A stretch of DNA of 64,000 nt from contig ADNK01000828.1 of assembly GCA_000320545.1 (NCBI GenBank), forward strand, positions 168,927-232,926, read 5' to 3'. Position 1 is the first letter of the stretch; the number at the start of each line of letters is the position of its first letter. The notes beneath the pieces are model-generated. The model had not been told where the DNA came from and ran no database searches. It saw only the letters and a list, made by a program, of their open reading frames with translations. This DNA comes from Bigelowiella natans CCMP2755 (taxonomy: Eukaryota; Protista; Cercozoa). The translations under genes and the position numbers were made by a program. Positions 40,088 through 51,685 of this stretch are shown in pieces.

Positions 40088-40356
40088 CTGTTTGATTTAT
40101 TTGGGGGATTTGAGGCAGTAGTCGAAGAATGGACAAAGGAAGCACAACGTGTGGAATGAAGGCTTTTTCATTCATGCGACAACTGTCGGCCTTTTATTTA
40201 TTTACTTTCTGTCAATCTCCGATGGTGAGTGCATGTCGTAGGTAACAAATGCATGCGTATTTTCGTATTATTATCATATTAAAACCCACGTGTTCTCTCA
40301 TCTCATCATCATCATCATCATAGATCATCAGCCCTGATCGATCGACTACGATAATA

Positions 40357-43300
40357 ATGGGCACAGCTGCGATCTCGAAATTAGCAAGGTGGTTGACTAG
40401 TACTTCGAGTAGACACGATCATGGAAATGCCATGCTCAAATAGACGAAAAGAGTCATTATTACATGTATGAGGCAGCACATTGTTGTTGATAACACCCAT
40501 AAATCCATATTTAGGGAGAACCCATTGAAGATAGAGCACTTCAAGGATGCAATTAAGGTATCATTCTTTCACAAAATAATATGGAATTTTAATTAATTTG
40601 GTGATCACAATTGTACAGGTCAACTTGGAAGCATTACGGCGTGACAAGTTTTTCCTTGCATTTCTCGGAGGTCAGTTGTAAATGCGCCTCTTGCATGCTA
40701 AAGAATCACTTTTCTTCAATTTTCCAATTTGTCCAGGGTCAGGAATTTCATTGAGTTGGCTACTCTTATCGCAATACCGTACGCTAAAACGAGAAGGCTA
40801 CTTCAAAGAAATGGCTGCATCATCATTGAAGTCTCCAACCAAGAAAAGTAGGAAGAAAGGGAAAAAAAGGAGGCCAGGACTCACACCGGTAGTATCACAA
40901 CCCCCACACTCTTATTTTCTAAAACTTCTAAATTTTTTGATGACTTAAAATGGTACATACGATGGAGGAACACTAAAAGAGCTATATATTCAATTTTGTG
41001 GAAATATAATCGGCAGCTCTTTTGGAAAAGAATGCGACGAATCATTCAGATTTGTGTACCACGTCTTAACTCCAACGAAGCTGCACTTCTTCTGGTACCT
41101 TCGGACTGTTATTCTATCAATCCCAAGAAAAATGTGTTAAATTACTTGTGATTATTATTTAGGTTCAATTCGGGTTGCTTGTCCTACGGACACTTTTGAC
41201 GGTGCGCTTAAACCGTGTCAACACCCTCTTTCTTACCCAGGTAATTATCATAAACAAATGCAACAAATTAATTCCTTTCATTGAGTTCGTCCCCGATAAA
41301 TGATTTATGATTGATTTCCTCCCTCGATTAAAGGCCATTTCTCGTGCATCGTACAGACACTGGGCGAGATGGATTATCAATATGATCGGTGTTAATAAAT
41401 GCTACTGGTGGCGTCATGCCAAAGCATATTAAGTCTTAATAATGATAATGTCTTAGGATGGACGATCATGGGAACTTTCAACAATGCCGCTCTGCGGGTT
41501 GTCCATAACTTGTCGCCTAGTATTAACCCAAAACACTGTTCAAGAAAGAACCACGCAAGAATCTCACTAGTACTATTTTATTTGTTTTCTCATTAGTACG
41601 TCGAGACTCTTTGTGGTCTTCGCTTCCGTCACCGTCTTACCTCCCATCTGCATAAGTATGATCATCACCAAATACCACAATAATATGTGCATCGCTAATA
41701 TTTTTTTGCTCAGAGATCAAAATTAAAAACCTGCCAATTGTTGTTCCTAAATTTGAAGAAGCAGCACAGTGGCAAACAAGATTCCGAGTTGCTAACCACA
41801 CTTTGTTGTCGTATTATATACCAGATTGTATATGCGAAATGACGGCTACTACCGGCTTTCTGCTGGAGCTCCCTCAATGAAATCCAAGAGTGATAGCAAG
41901 AATATTAAAGGGGAAGCTGTCCGTATGATTGACCATGTGGATCAAAGAATCGCTGAGGATGTCAAGGTGTTAGTAGTAGTAGTAGTAGTATGGGATACTA
42001 TTCAATAGTAGTAGTAAGTGCTGCTGCTGCTGCTGCTGCTGGTGGTGGTGACTTTTGTTGAATGATTATAGGTATTTTGCGACAAACTTGCTCACCTTTA
42101 TGGTCACTCGTTTAAACCGATTCTTGAATTCTCGATGATTATTACGGCAACTCTCTCTGATCTCGGGTATTTCCTCACTTCTCACGTATACCCTTCAATG
42201 CTGTTGATGAAACCCATTAGTGTGTATTTTTCAGTATACTGCAGAATCCTGTATCATTTCTACATTTTCACCCTATATTCTACTATTTCTCTCACAGTAG
42301 TGTTTTTGACCTTATTGACCTACAATCTATCTGATGAAAGACCTTGGAGGCCATTCATGTTGTTCTTAATGCTGGGAGCTCTCCAAAATACATTACGACT
42401 GATCACGCCGAATATCTCAGCCATGATAGCGTCAGGTAACAATTAAGTCTAGCGAATGGGTAAAGGTGATGATAACGATGATGATGATGACGATGATAAC
42501 CATGGTAATCATATTTTATAATCGAGCTTCATTTTGGTGAAAGGTTTTATTATTCTTTGAGCTCGCATCTGATACTTAAATCGACAATAATACAGAGCAA
42601 TCAGCTGAAGGATCATTCCGGTATGCTCATTCACGTCTGAGACAGCATGCAGAAGCCGTAGCCTTTCTTAAGGGTCGTAAGGCAGAGGAGGTGCACCTAC
42701 CACTATTATCCAAAATGATATTGCTTTTCTTATTAATCATTTTCCTTTCAGAGAATTCTCAACGAATCATTCTCCCGCCTCTATCGCCTCCGGTATGCTG
42801 ATACTTAAAAATAGACTTATCCGTTACAAAGAGCTCTACACTAATTCAACCTTCGCTTACAAATGATGGCTTAAATTTTCTTTCGCAAGTTATGATTTTT
42901 ATGTTGAATATGTGGCATCATTAATCAGATGTTGGCATGCAATAAAGACTATTGTAAAGTCACTTGCAGATAACGTCTTCAAGTTCCAGGTACGTACTCG
43001 AAAGAAATGGTGTTTTAATTCCAAACAAAATCCTTGTCATCATCAATTATTTGTTTCAATGTGCTTGACTGCAAGGTGTTGTTCAAATATATTATCAAGT
43101 AGTGCTACCCATGTCACAAATATCGTCGTTTCCGTACTCATTGAATGAGTGATGGGCCTAATAAAGTAACACTCCTCCTCCTCCTCCTCCTCCTCCTCTC
43201 CATCTATCTATCTGATTTCTTCTCTTAGGGCATCGTTATTGGAGGAATATTCATCCACATTCCTTTCCTTAGAAGGTACTAACAATTATTTGCGACTTAA

Positions 43301-44938
43301 ATAACCCTACTGAGAGAGCTAACATCTCCAAATTTTCCGTGATTGTTACATCTTGCTTGTAATCTGTGAGGGGTGTTCCGTTGTGTGTCATCCTTTTCGT
43401 ATTACTTTTTCTATACCTTACTTTTTTCATGTTTTATCTATACGTGGTGTATCAGGCATGTTGTTGTTTGAATCATTCTTTGACGAGAGCAGTACTTTTA
43501 GATGCTATTTTTTATATGTGTTGCATGCTATTAGAAAGGACATGAGTCCCGCGGATAGAATTGCTGCATTTCGTGCATGTGAGGTTCTTATGTTAAAGTC
43601 TGGGGCAGCTTTCACTGAAATGCTACTACTCACAAAAAATCTGCAGGTAAGTCGCCTCGTATTCTCCCCCCCTCCTTTTCACGATTATGGGGGGGGGATC
43701 ATAACTATATGGGAGGAGTATTTGTTATGAGCTTACATATAACTCGCACAACATACGACACACTAGAAGCGTATTGGGACTATTAGTCTCGTACATAATG
43801 TACTTTCAGCATTTGTATGTAAGTTACTTAATGCAAAACATACATAGCATACATGCTGCAGACTATTGCGGGTTACTCTGGGAGAATTGGAGAATTGCTT
43901 GAAGCTCTAGGAGATAAGAATGGCGATGTTAACTGCGACGACGACGATGATGATGATGATGATGAAGGCACCTTCTCATCAAGATCTTCCCCTATTTCTG
44001 CTGATAAGAAGGAGGGAAAACCACTCATTCAAATCGAATTCAAAGGGTAGTAGTGGGAATTGTTGCTAGGATTATTACCAATGAAAAGATGACGACGTCT
44101 ATACTTTATACGTAAACTGTAAAGCGGGTGCTTTGATGAAATTTTGAAGGGAGCAGCAGCAGCAGCAGCACGAGGCTCATATTCTATTGGAATCAGTAGT
44201 GCATTGTTGTTGCTATTATTAGCTATGCACTAGTATCGTGGTTTTTATGAATGCATGTGTTGATCTGAACATCATCGACAAAACAACTAATGGACGTCCC
44301 TGCTGACTCGATGACTCATTGGCTTCACCATCGTTGTCATAACTTTTCGTTTATGATTTTTATATGTTGATGGTTGCAAAAGTTGATCATCGATGATTCC
44401 ATCCATCTAACCAATCTAATCCCATCAATATAATATGATGATCATCCTCATAGGCTAGAAGTTGGTGCGCCAGAACCTGAAGGTAAGTTCAGAACGTTGG
44501 TAAAAGATCTCAACCTCAAGGTGGCAGAGGGTACAAACGTTCTTATCACAGGACCAAATGGTAGGTTGGCAATTGATAGTAAGAGGATTGATACTAGTAT
44601 GTTGTTACTGCTATAGGAGGAGGAGGAGGAGGAGGAGGAGGAAGAGGCTCGAAGTAATAATGTAAATGGTACTGGTTGATGATTGATTATAACAATCAAA
44701 GGTTGTGGGAAGACGTCACTGTTCCGGGTGTTGGCGGGACTGTGGAAACCTGTTAAAGGTTCAGTGAAAAAACCTAGTAACAGCTTCATCATGTGGCTGC
44801 CTCAAGATCCTTACCTCGTAACTGGCACTCTAAGAGATCAGGTGGTGATGATCATATTATCGTTGATGAATGATGAGACTCTTGGTGTATTGTTATGGTG
44901 CGATAACGATATGTGTCGTTGTGCTGGTTGTTGTGTTG

Positions 44939-44974
<36 letters not shown>

Positions 44975-45278
44975 GATTCTTCTCAGGTGACTTATCCTGA
45001 TTTCCATGGCATGGGTCCGATAGTAGACTCTGAGATTGATCAACGAGTCTCTCAAGCTCTAAACCTTGCAGGTATCACCATAGTAAGAGAGAAGGATTAT
45101 ATATAATAACACATATATCTATCCATAATACTTGAGACTTTCTCCTACTGAGCGAGCCACAATGCTAATATTTTGTAAATAGGGTTGAAGAAGGTGGTGG
45201 CAAGGAATAAAGATGGAATCAATCACGTAGCGGAATGGAGAAATGAGGTAATACGACTACTACTGCTACTACTACTAT

Positions 45279-45314
<36 letters not shown>

Positions 45315-45477
45315 CACTGCTACTACTACATGCTATGTACGTACTTGTTTCGAGTATACATTGCACTAAGATGTGAAGGTACCATCACCATCACCATCAT
45401 CACCATCATCATCATCATCATCCCTAATGTATTACTACCTCGTTTCCCCTCCTCCTCGTCCTCCTCCTCCTTCATGT

Positions 45478-45509
<32 letters not shown>

Positions 45510-45970
45510 TACCTACTGCTACCATGTGTTGGAAGCTAAGTGGAGGTGAGAGACAGCGAGTGGCATTTGCTCGTCTATTTTTCCACAAACCGACGTTTGC
45601 GGTTATAGACGAGGCAACTGCTGCAGTAAGTGCTCTAGGCGAGGTAGTAGTAGTTGTAGCAGTAGTAGTATTAGTAGTAGTAGTATCCGTTTTCTCACAA
45701 CAGTAGCGCTCAGAATCCTTGCTGATGTAAATATTTATGATGTTTCAGGTGGAGCTTTATGAACAATTGAATAAAGTCAACTGCACAGTCTTTTCTATTG
45801 CCCATCGTGTCTCCGTTAGGTGAAGAATGCAACGACGAGCGAAGTTCATTGATCAGCGTAAACGATGCATAATGTTTTATTATTGCAGGAAATTTCACCA
45901 GCTTGAGCTTGAGTTTGTTGGTGATGGCAGTGGAGGATACAATTTTTATAAACTTGGAGATAAAGGTTTG
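40357..45970 (+). CDS. ABCD: ABC transporter subfamily D half-transporter (peroxisomal fatty acyl-CoA importer type); final codons uncertain
   Basis: [11 protein letters not shown]|ENPL..; [12 protein letters not shown]; [12 protein letters not shown]|[16 protein letters not shown]; EAA motif [23 protein letters not shown]; Walker A GPNG|[14 protein letters not shown]; [15 protein letters not shown]|VTYP; signature [19 protein letters not shown]; Walker [11 protein letters not shown]; H-loop FSIAHR. Confidence 0.95.
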
Positions 45971-46064
45971 TTTTGCTATAAAGCTTCCAACAGTAATTGT
46001 TATTTAAAGAGACGAACTAATTCAATTTTCTCTAATTATAGGCGATTCGCGGATTCGTTTAGAG

Positions 46065-46097
<33 letters not shown>

Positions 46098-46379
46098 AGA
46101 TCAACCTTTGTTCATGTCTCATCTCATCATAAGCGACGACCGACTTGCTGCTTCACACGTTTGTTTTTTTAGGGTTACATGAAATGAGAGAGCAGTTCAA
46201 CTTGGCACATGCCTACAAATATTGGTTCATATGGAGCTTGTGCAACGAAACTACAAAGTTGTCGGGACATTTTATTGTTCAGTGTCCACTTTGGAGCCGT
46301 GTAATGGTGACATACATCTCTCAGGTGTCATTGCATATTGATTTGCACATGCGAGACCGATATAGTGAATGAATAAATC

Positions 46380-46414
46380 ACATGCTATCAATGGTCATGC
46401 GTAGCTGTGCAAAG

Positions 46415-46452
<38 letters not shown>

Positions 46453-46830
46453 CGAGAGAGAGACAGAGAGAGCTAGATAGACCTAAACATGAGCCCATCT
46501 AGCCATGCTAGCATGTCTGAGATGTGCTAGTGTGGCACGTGCGCATTGCTCTAGTGCTTTGTGCATGCATATGTTCATGCATACAATAAACAAACTTAGC
46601 GCTGTAGCCACCGCATTCACTAGTTCATTGCATAGCTACATTAATTTGACTGATGATTGAAATTAATAAAAGAAAAAATGTGATCATTTCATTCATCCGC
46701 CGTCTCACATATCGAGATGCGCCAGTCATAGCTAGATAGCTAGCATAGCCATAGCGCTAGATAGTACGTCATACGTCATGCATGACGAAGCGCACTTTCC
46801 CGATGCTAGCTAGCTAGCTAGTAGTAGATG
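46380..46830. other. CTAG/CATG palindrome island between convergent 3' ends
   Basis: CGTCATGCATGACG perfect palindrome at 46774-46787, gctagatagctagcatagc, (TAGC)n at ~46806, many gcatgc/tgca motifs. Lies between ABCD (+) and MIF (-). Confidence 0.85.
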
Positions 46831-47059
46831 GATGATAGCGACTGCGATTGACATATTTTTAAGCGAATTTTGGAATCGGAATCAGAGTTGGTCTTTAGCA
46901 GCTGATAGCTATTTCATGGGAATCTTGGACCGTTTTATCATAAGAGTTGACAGGGAAGAAGGACATTGTCTTGTATGCTCTGTACACTACTTTCCTCAAA
47001 GAATCCTCATTATCCCATAAGCTAATAATTTCAATGCTCACTTCAGGAGAATACGATTA

Positions 47060-48304
47060 CTAACCAGCAAAAGTCTTTCCATCATAGCCCATGTTCTCAC
47101 GAGCAACGTCTCGAAATTCAATGTAAACTTTCGTGCCTTCTATTCCAAATTCCCTACAAAAAAGTCATTCAATTGAAACGTAGGCATGCGATTTTGTCTA
47201 AGAATGATCTCACTTTAGCATTTTACATAGCCCAGCAGATACTTTCTTGTTGTTTTCTAAATTGATAGAACCGAGAGAAACCACTTGGCACATTGCAGCA
47301 GGCCTGAGATGAAGTTCAGCATGGAACATCAAGTCACTCTCAATACCTCAATTCAAACTATTGTTTTATACCCAGTTTCTCCACCCCATATTATGTCCAA
47401 GTTATCTTGCACAACAACTGCCACGTATGATTCAGGCTTTCCTGTGCGAATTCACATGTAAACACATTTAATCCAAAAAATCTCAAAATGAGCTCACCGA
47501 GAGAGTTTGCAACCAACTTTGAAGCAGCTTTCATAAATTCCTTCATTCAAGATACAAATTAATACTTTGAATACCAGAGGCAATATTGGTGAAAACCATC
47601 TTCTTATCCTTTTCCATAGACACGCTAGTGGCGACCTTCCAATGTTCAAGAATCAAACAAAGTTCCTCAAGATTTAAGAATATGTTATTAGTTTGTTTCA
47701 TGGTGCTTCTTCTGCGAGTCGCAGCACTACCGAGAGGGAAGGGTCTCCAATATCTTTAGGATCCGTCATTTCGCCTTTTATACAAGACAGTCGTATCATG
47801 TGGAGACACACATTCGTTATCATTAATACCAGTGCCTTAACAATGAATGGCGACAAAAGGCGATGTTTTATATTGACAATCTAGAACAACATTCGACCTA
47901 CCTGCGGTATTCAGGGCATGGATGCGTACGGAACGAGTACTTTTATCGAAGATTCCAACTCCTCCCCGTAGTAAAAGACTGCTGTCCATGACCACCCATA
48001 GGGAGGAGAGAAAATTCAACGAGTAAAACATAGAAGAAATTCTGGCTACTATATACCACCTTGATGTTTGGAGTGGTAAAGATGACCTGAATGCAGCGGG
48101 TAGAACTGATGCAGAAACTCTTCTCCTCGCTGCAGCACCCACACGACGGCGGATAGGGGTAGTGTTGTACCCATTAGTAGTAGTTGCTGGAGGCGTACAA
48201 GAAGAAATGTGATAGCTTCCAATGCACGGTGATGCAATGAATGAGTGAAGGAGAAGCAGTCCAATGCCAAAGATCACCGTCAACAGCAGCACCATTCTCG
48301 CCAT
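47060..48304 (-). CDS. MIF: Macrophage migration inhibitory factor (MIF)/tautomerase family protein with N-terminal signal peptide plus transit-like leader
   Basis: Spliced product MARMVLLLTVIFGIGLLLLHSFIASP..(Ser/Thr/Arg-rich)..LNTA|GEMTDPKDIGDPSLS|VATSVSMEKDKKM|EFMKAASKLVANSL|GKPESYVAVVVQDNLDIIWGGETG|PAAMCQVVSLGSINLENNKKVSAGLCKMLK|EFGIEGTKVYIEFRDVARENMGYDGKTFAG*. Matches MIF consensus (GKP..YV, SIG.I...N, YI.F.D, G..G.TF). Confidence 0.92.
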
Positions 48305-48395
48305 TGTGATTCGTTTGTTCCTTCGCACGGAGGGAAGAGGGAGAAGAAAGGGCAGCAAAATCTAATTATTTGCCTGCGACAAAGGGAGACAGTAT

Positions 48396-48498
48396 GTCTC
48401 ATCTGATGAAATGCATGCGACAATGAAGAAATCATGTCTCATCTGATGAAATGCATGCGACAAGGAAGGACATAAGGTCTCATCTGATGAAATGCATG
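48396..48498. repeat. 3 x ~40 bp tandem repeat with palindromic cores just upstream of MIF
   Basis: GTCTCATCTGATGAAATGCATG at 48396, 48436, 48477. Each unit contains TCATC-T-GATGA and ATGCAT. Confidence 0.9.
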
Positions 48499-48956
48499 GA
48501 TAAGGAAAACATCATGACGATCTGAAACATCGTTTTTCACAATGCTTAGCGATGATGAACTTTCTCCAATCTAGGACATTATTTTACGATGTTTGTGCGA
48601 TGATAAAGCTTTACCTTGATTTCCATGGATTTCGAAGATCATCCACTGGAGAACGATAAAGGCAAATTGGAGCGTTAATTGTCGCTGTATCCCTTAAAAT
48701 TCCCAAATTAGAAACGTGAAGATAATTTGTCGAATTAAGGTTGTCGCAGTCGGGATTTGCTGCACTTGCAAAACTAAGAAAATGTTCTCTGACGGCATGT
48801 CTGCTCGTACATTAAGCCATAAAGCCGTTTCGTAAAAATGGCACCCATTTGTAGGAAAAACGGTGATAATCTCGGCGGTAGATCAATCTTTCTCCTCCTC
48901 TGTTCTCCCGAGCCGATGACAACTGTGCATGCTGGAATGGTTGGTTCGGCAAAATG

Positions 48957-49580
48957 GCGAACCTGACAGTCGGAAAGACGGCCGGTCATGGCATGGGGCC
49001 GCAATCCCAGACCCGGAGCTTCCATTTTTGCAGTTGCATTTTTGCACTTCATCACAGCAGAAGCTCGTCGCAACACACAGGAGTGCGCGACCTGAATGCA
49101 ACTTGATCAAAAATGCATGCGCTGTCACCAGGTCAGTTCAGCCAATCCAGTTATAATGAGCGAACCTGGCAGTCGGAAAGGCCTGCTCTAGTGCTAGCCT
49201 GGCCTGGCTCAGAGCGCAGCTGAGACGGCCGGCATGGCTAGATGGCTTCATGGGTGCCGCAACACCAGACCCAAGCTAGCAAGCTTCCATTTTTTGCAGT
49301 CACGTTTTTGGCACACAGATGCGATTTGCATCACGTCACTGAACCACTCAACCCAAAATTGTGATGTGACAACCACGCGACCACCAGACCAAACAGTCCA
49401 AACCACAAACTGATGACAGCCGGAACTAGAGAGAGACGGTCGGCATCACTACTAGACTAGATCACACAAATCACTCAATCGCTAGATCGAACATCGCTAG
49501 ATCGGGTCGCAATCCTACCTAGCCAGACCCAAAGCCAAGCTCTCATCTAGTCATTTTTGCAGTTGTGTTTTTTGCAACCA
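48957..49580. repeat. Three degenerate direct repeats (period ~200-250 bp) of increasing length
   Basis: Shared anchors cag(t/c)cggaa, gacgg(c/t)cgg, g(c/t)cgcaa..ccagaccc, agct, catttttgcag, tttttg(c/g)a at ~48967, ~49170, ~49417. Confidence 0.85.
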
Positions 49581-50120
49581 CAGACACGGTCGTGCACTCT
49601 GCATGCACGACGTGCATTGCATCGTGTGTGCTAGCCATTTGTTGCAAGCAGTCTAGCAGTGTGCACGATGACTTGCATGCGCACAATTGCATGCTGGCAT
49701 GGCCTAAATGACGCGATCATTGATTGCGGTAGAGCAGCAAGCAATGATGATCATGATGGGGGCACACATTGCGAAGTGCATCTAGCTAGCTATGACTACT
49801 AGCTAGATCTAGGGTTGTGTGGGCAGTGAGTGTGCAAGAACACGTCGTGCATGCTAGCATGGATGACCATGCTAGCATGCCTGCGCTTCGTTGCGCCCTG
49901 TGCTAGTATGCAGCATGGATGCAAAACTAGCAGAACAAGCAACGAGTGTCACATGCACGCGCATGATCGCTAGATCGATACGAAATTTTGTGAACAAATC
50001 GATTTGTGGCAAGTGAACAGGCATTCAACTTACACATTGCTACATGGACAGACACACTAGTCAAGCATAGTGCTGCACATCATGCACATTGTAGAGCATT
50101 ACATGTATTGTGTACACGCA
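49150..50120. other. CTAG/CATG palindrome island downstream of a minus-strand 3' end (tandem junction)
   Basis: CATGCTAGCATG twice (~49850, ~49870), GTCGTGCA..TGCACGAC (~49590-49612), tctagctagctatgactactagctagatctag. Lies 3' of the gene ending at 50324. Confidence 0.85.
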
Positions 50121-50323
50121 TCTTAATCATTGAAAGTTTAGTAGTGCTCATTTCGTTCGCGCTGTTTCGAGACACTATGAAGTGAGGTATCGTTGAATGC
50201 TTTACTTAATTCAAGATCAAAAAGATGTTCGTCGATGCTACGGTAAGAAACCTGATCCAATAGCAAGTTTAAGTCAAAACAAGATAGCCTGAAAGACACA
50301 ATAATAAAGTACCAAATTAAGGG

Positions 50324-50712
50324 CTAGTGCAATTCGAAGCGCCAGTTGATGTTTGCAACAATGTACTTTTCCATCCTGTATCATCTGTTATTTATTCAAA
50401 AAATGACGTCTAAAATGAAATAACGTCAAACAGCAGTACAATAAACCTTGTATCTCTGGTAGAAAAATGCAGAGCACTGGCACCATTCGGAAGATACTCG
50501 ATAGTATGAATTAGAATCGCTGCAGCAACAAGAACGAGGGGGGAAATAAATTTAACATCGAATAGGTACGGTCAACATTTTACTGCTATTACTATTACTA
50601 TTTGATAAAAAATCATCAGCAGCAAGGATACTACCAGCCGATGGCATCTTTAGCATGACTTGTTTTCACCTAGATTAGCCATCAAATTGGTCGCGCTAGC
50701 CATATAATATAA

Positions 50713-50748
<36 letters not shown>

Positions 50749-51639
50749 GTGCTACGAGTTGTCTTAATGACAGACTTACTTCCATGATGCAGCGTCGCAA
50801 TATTTGACTAAAGGTTATCCGTACACAGCTGCTGGAACTGCTGCTGCCTCCTGGGTTTTGGTGATAAAAAATATTCGTTGCCGATGAAACAAAATGACAG
50901 GGAACTTTTAGTAATGGGGGATTTCCAGGAGTACCAGCTGATACAAATTCAACATGGAGAAGAGATTGGGAGGATGGGGAGGAATGAATCAAAAAACAAA
51001 GTTGTAAATTAGCAGGTAACCAACTCTTTTCTCCCTCATTTTTTAGGTCGTCGCCTTTTGCCTCTTCTTCTTCTTCTTCCTTTTTGTTGTTGTCCGACAC
51101 AATGATGCCGCCATCCTCTTGTAGCTCCAAACCAAGAATACTTAAGGCCTTGGAAACCAATCTAATGATGAACATATACACACATGTAACAATAATCTGA
51201 TGTAATAATGAATGACTTGGCTAGAAGATTCGGTGTTGTCATTCATCAGACAACAATCATGGCTTTGCAGCTGCTGCTTTCTTGTTGTTGTTGTTGTTAT
51301 TGTGCTATCATGTTTCAAATACAACTCAGCTACACAAGTTCGTCGTCACATTACTCAGTCACTCAGTGACTGATACTTTGATGTCACTCTAGAAATTTCA
51401 CACACACACACACACACAAGCACACACTTCTTACATATATAATGGTACAGGCTAATACTTACTAGTGAGTGTTGGTAGAATATGAATAATGATTGATATT
51501 TGTTCTCTCACTATAACTATTTAGCTCTTAGTTGTTCTAAACACAGCAGGTATACTTGTTCTTTAGTAGTAGTAGTATTACTAATTGTCTAAGGGGAAAG
51601 CTGACTATGAAGTGTCTGGTGTAGTACTACGAAGTAACT

Positions 51640-51685
<46 letters not shown>

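Noticed and set aside
48396-48498. CRISPR-like or MITE interpretation of short palindromic repeats
   Set aside because: Eukaryotic context, only three units with related rather than unique spacers, no cas genes, no terminal inverted repeats with target-site duplication.
48774-49156. Overlapping ORFs of 75-100 aa upstream of MIF
   Set aside because: They lie across degenerate direct repeats whose other copies are disrupted by non-triplet inserts. No domain similarity or splice context.
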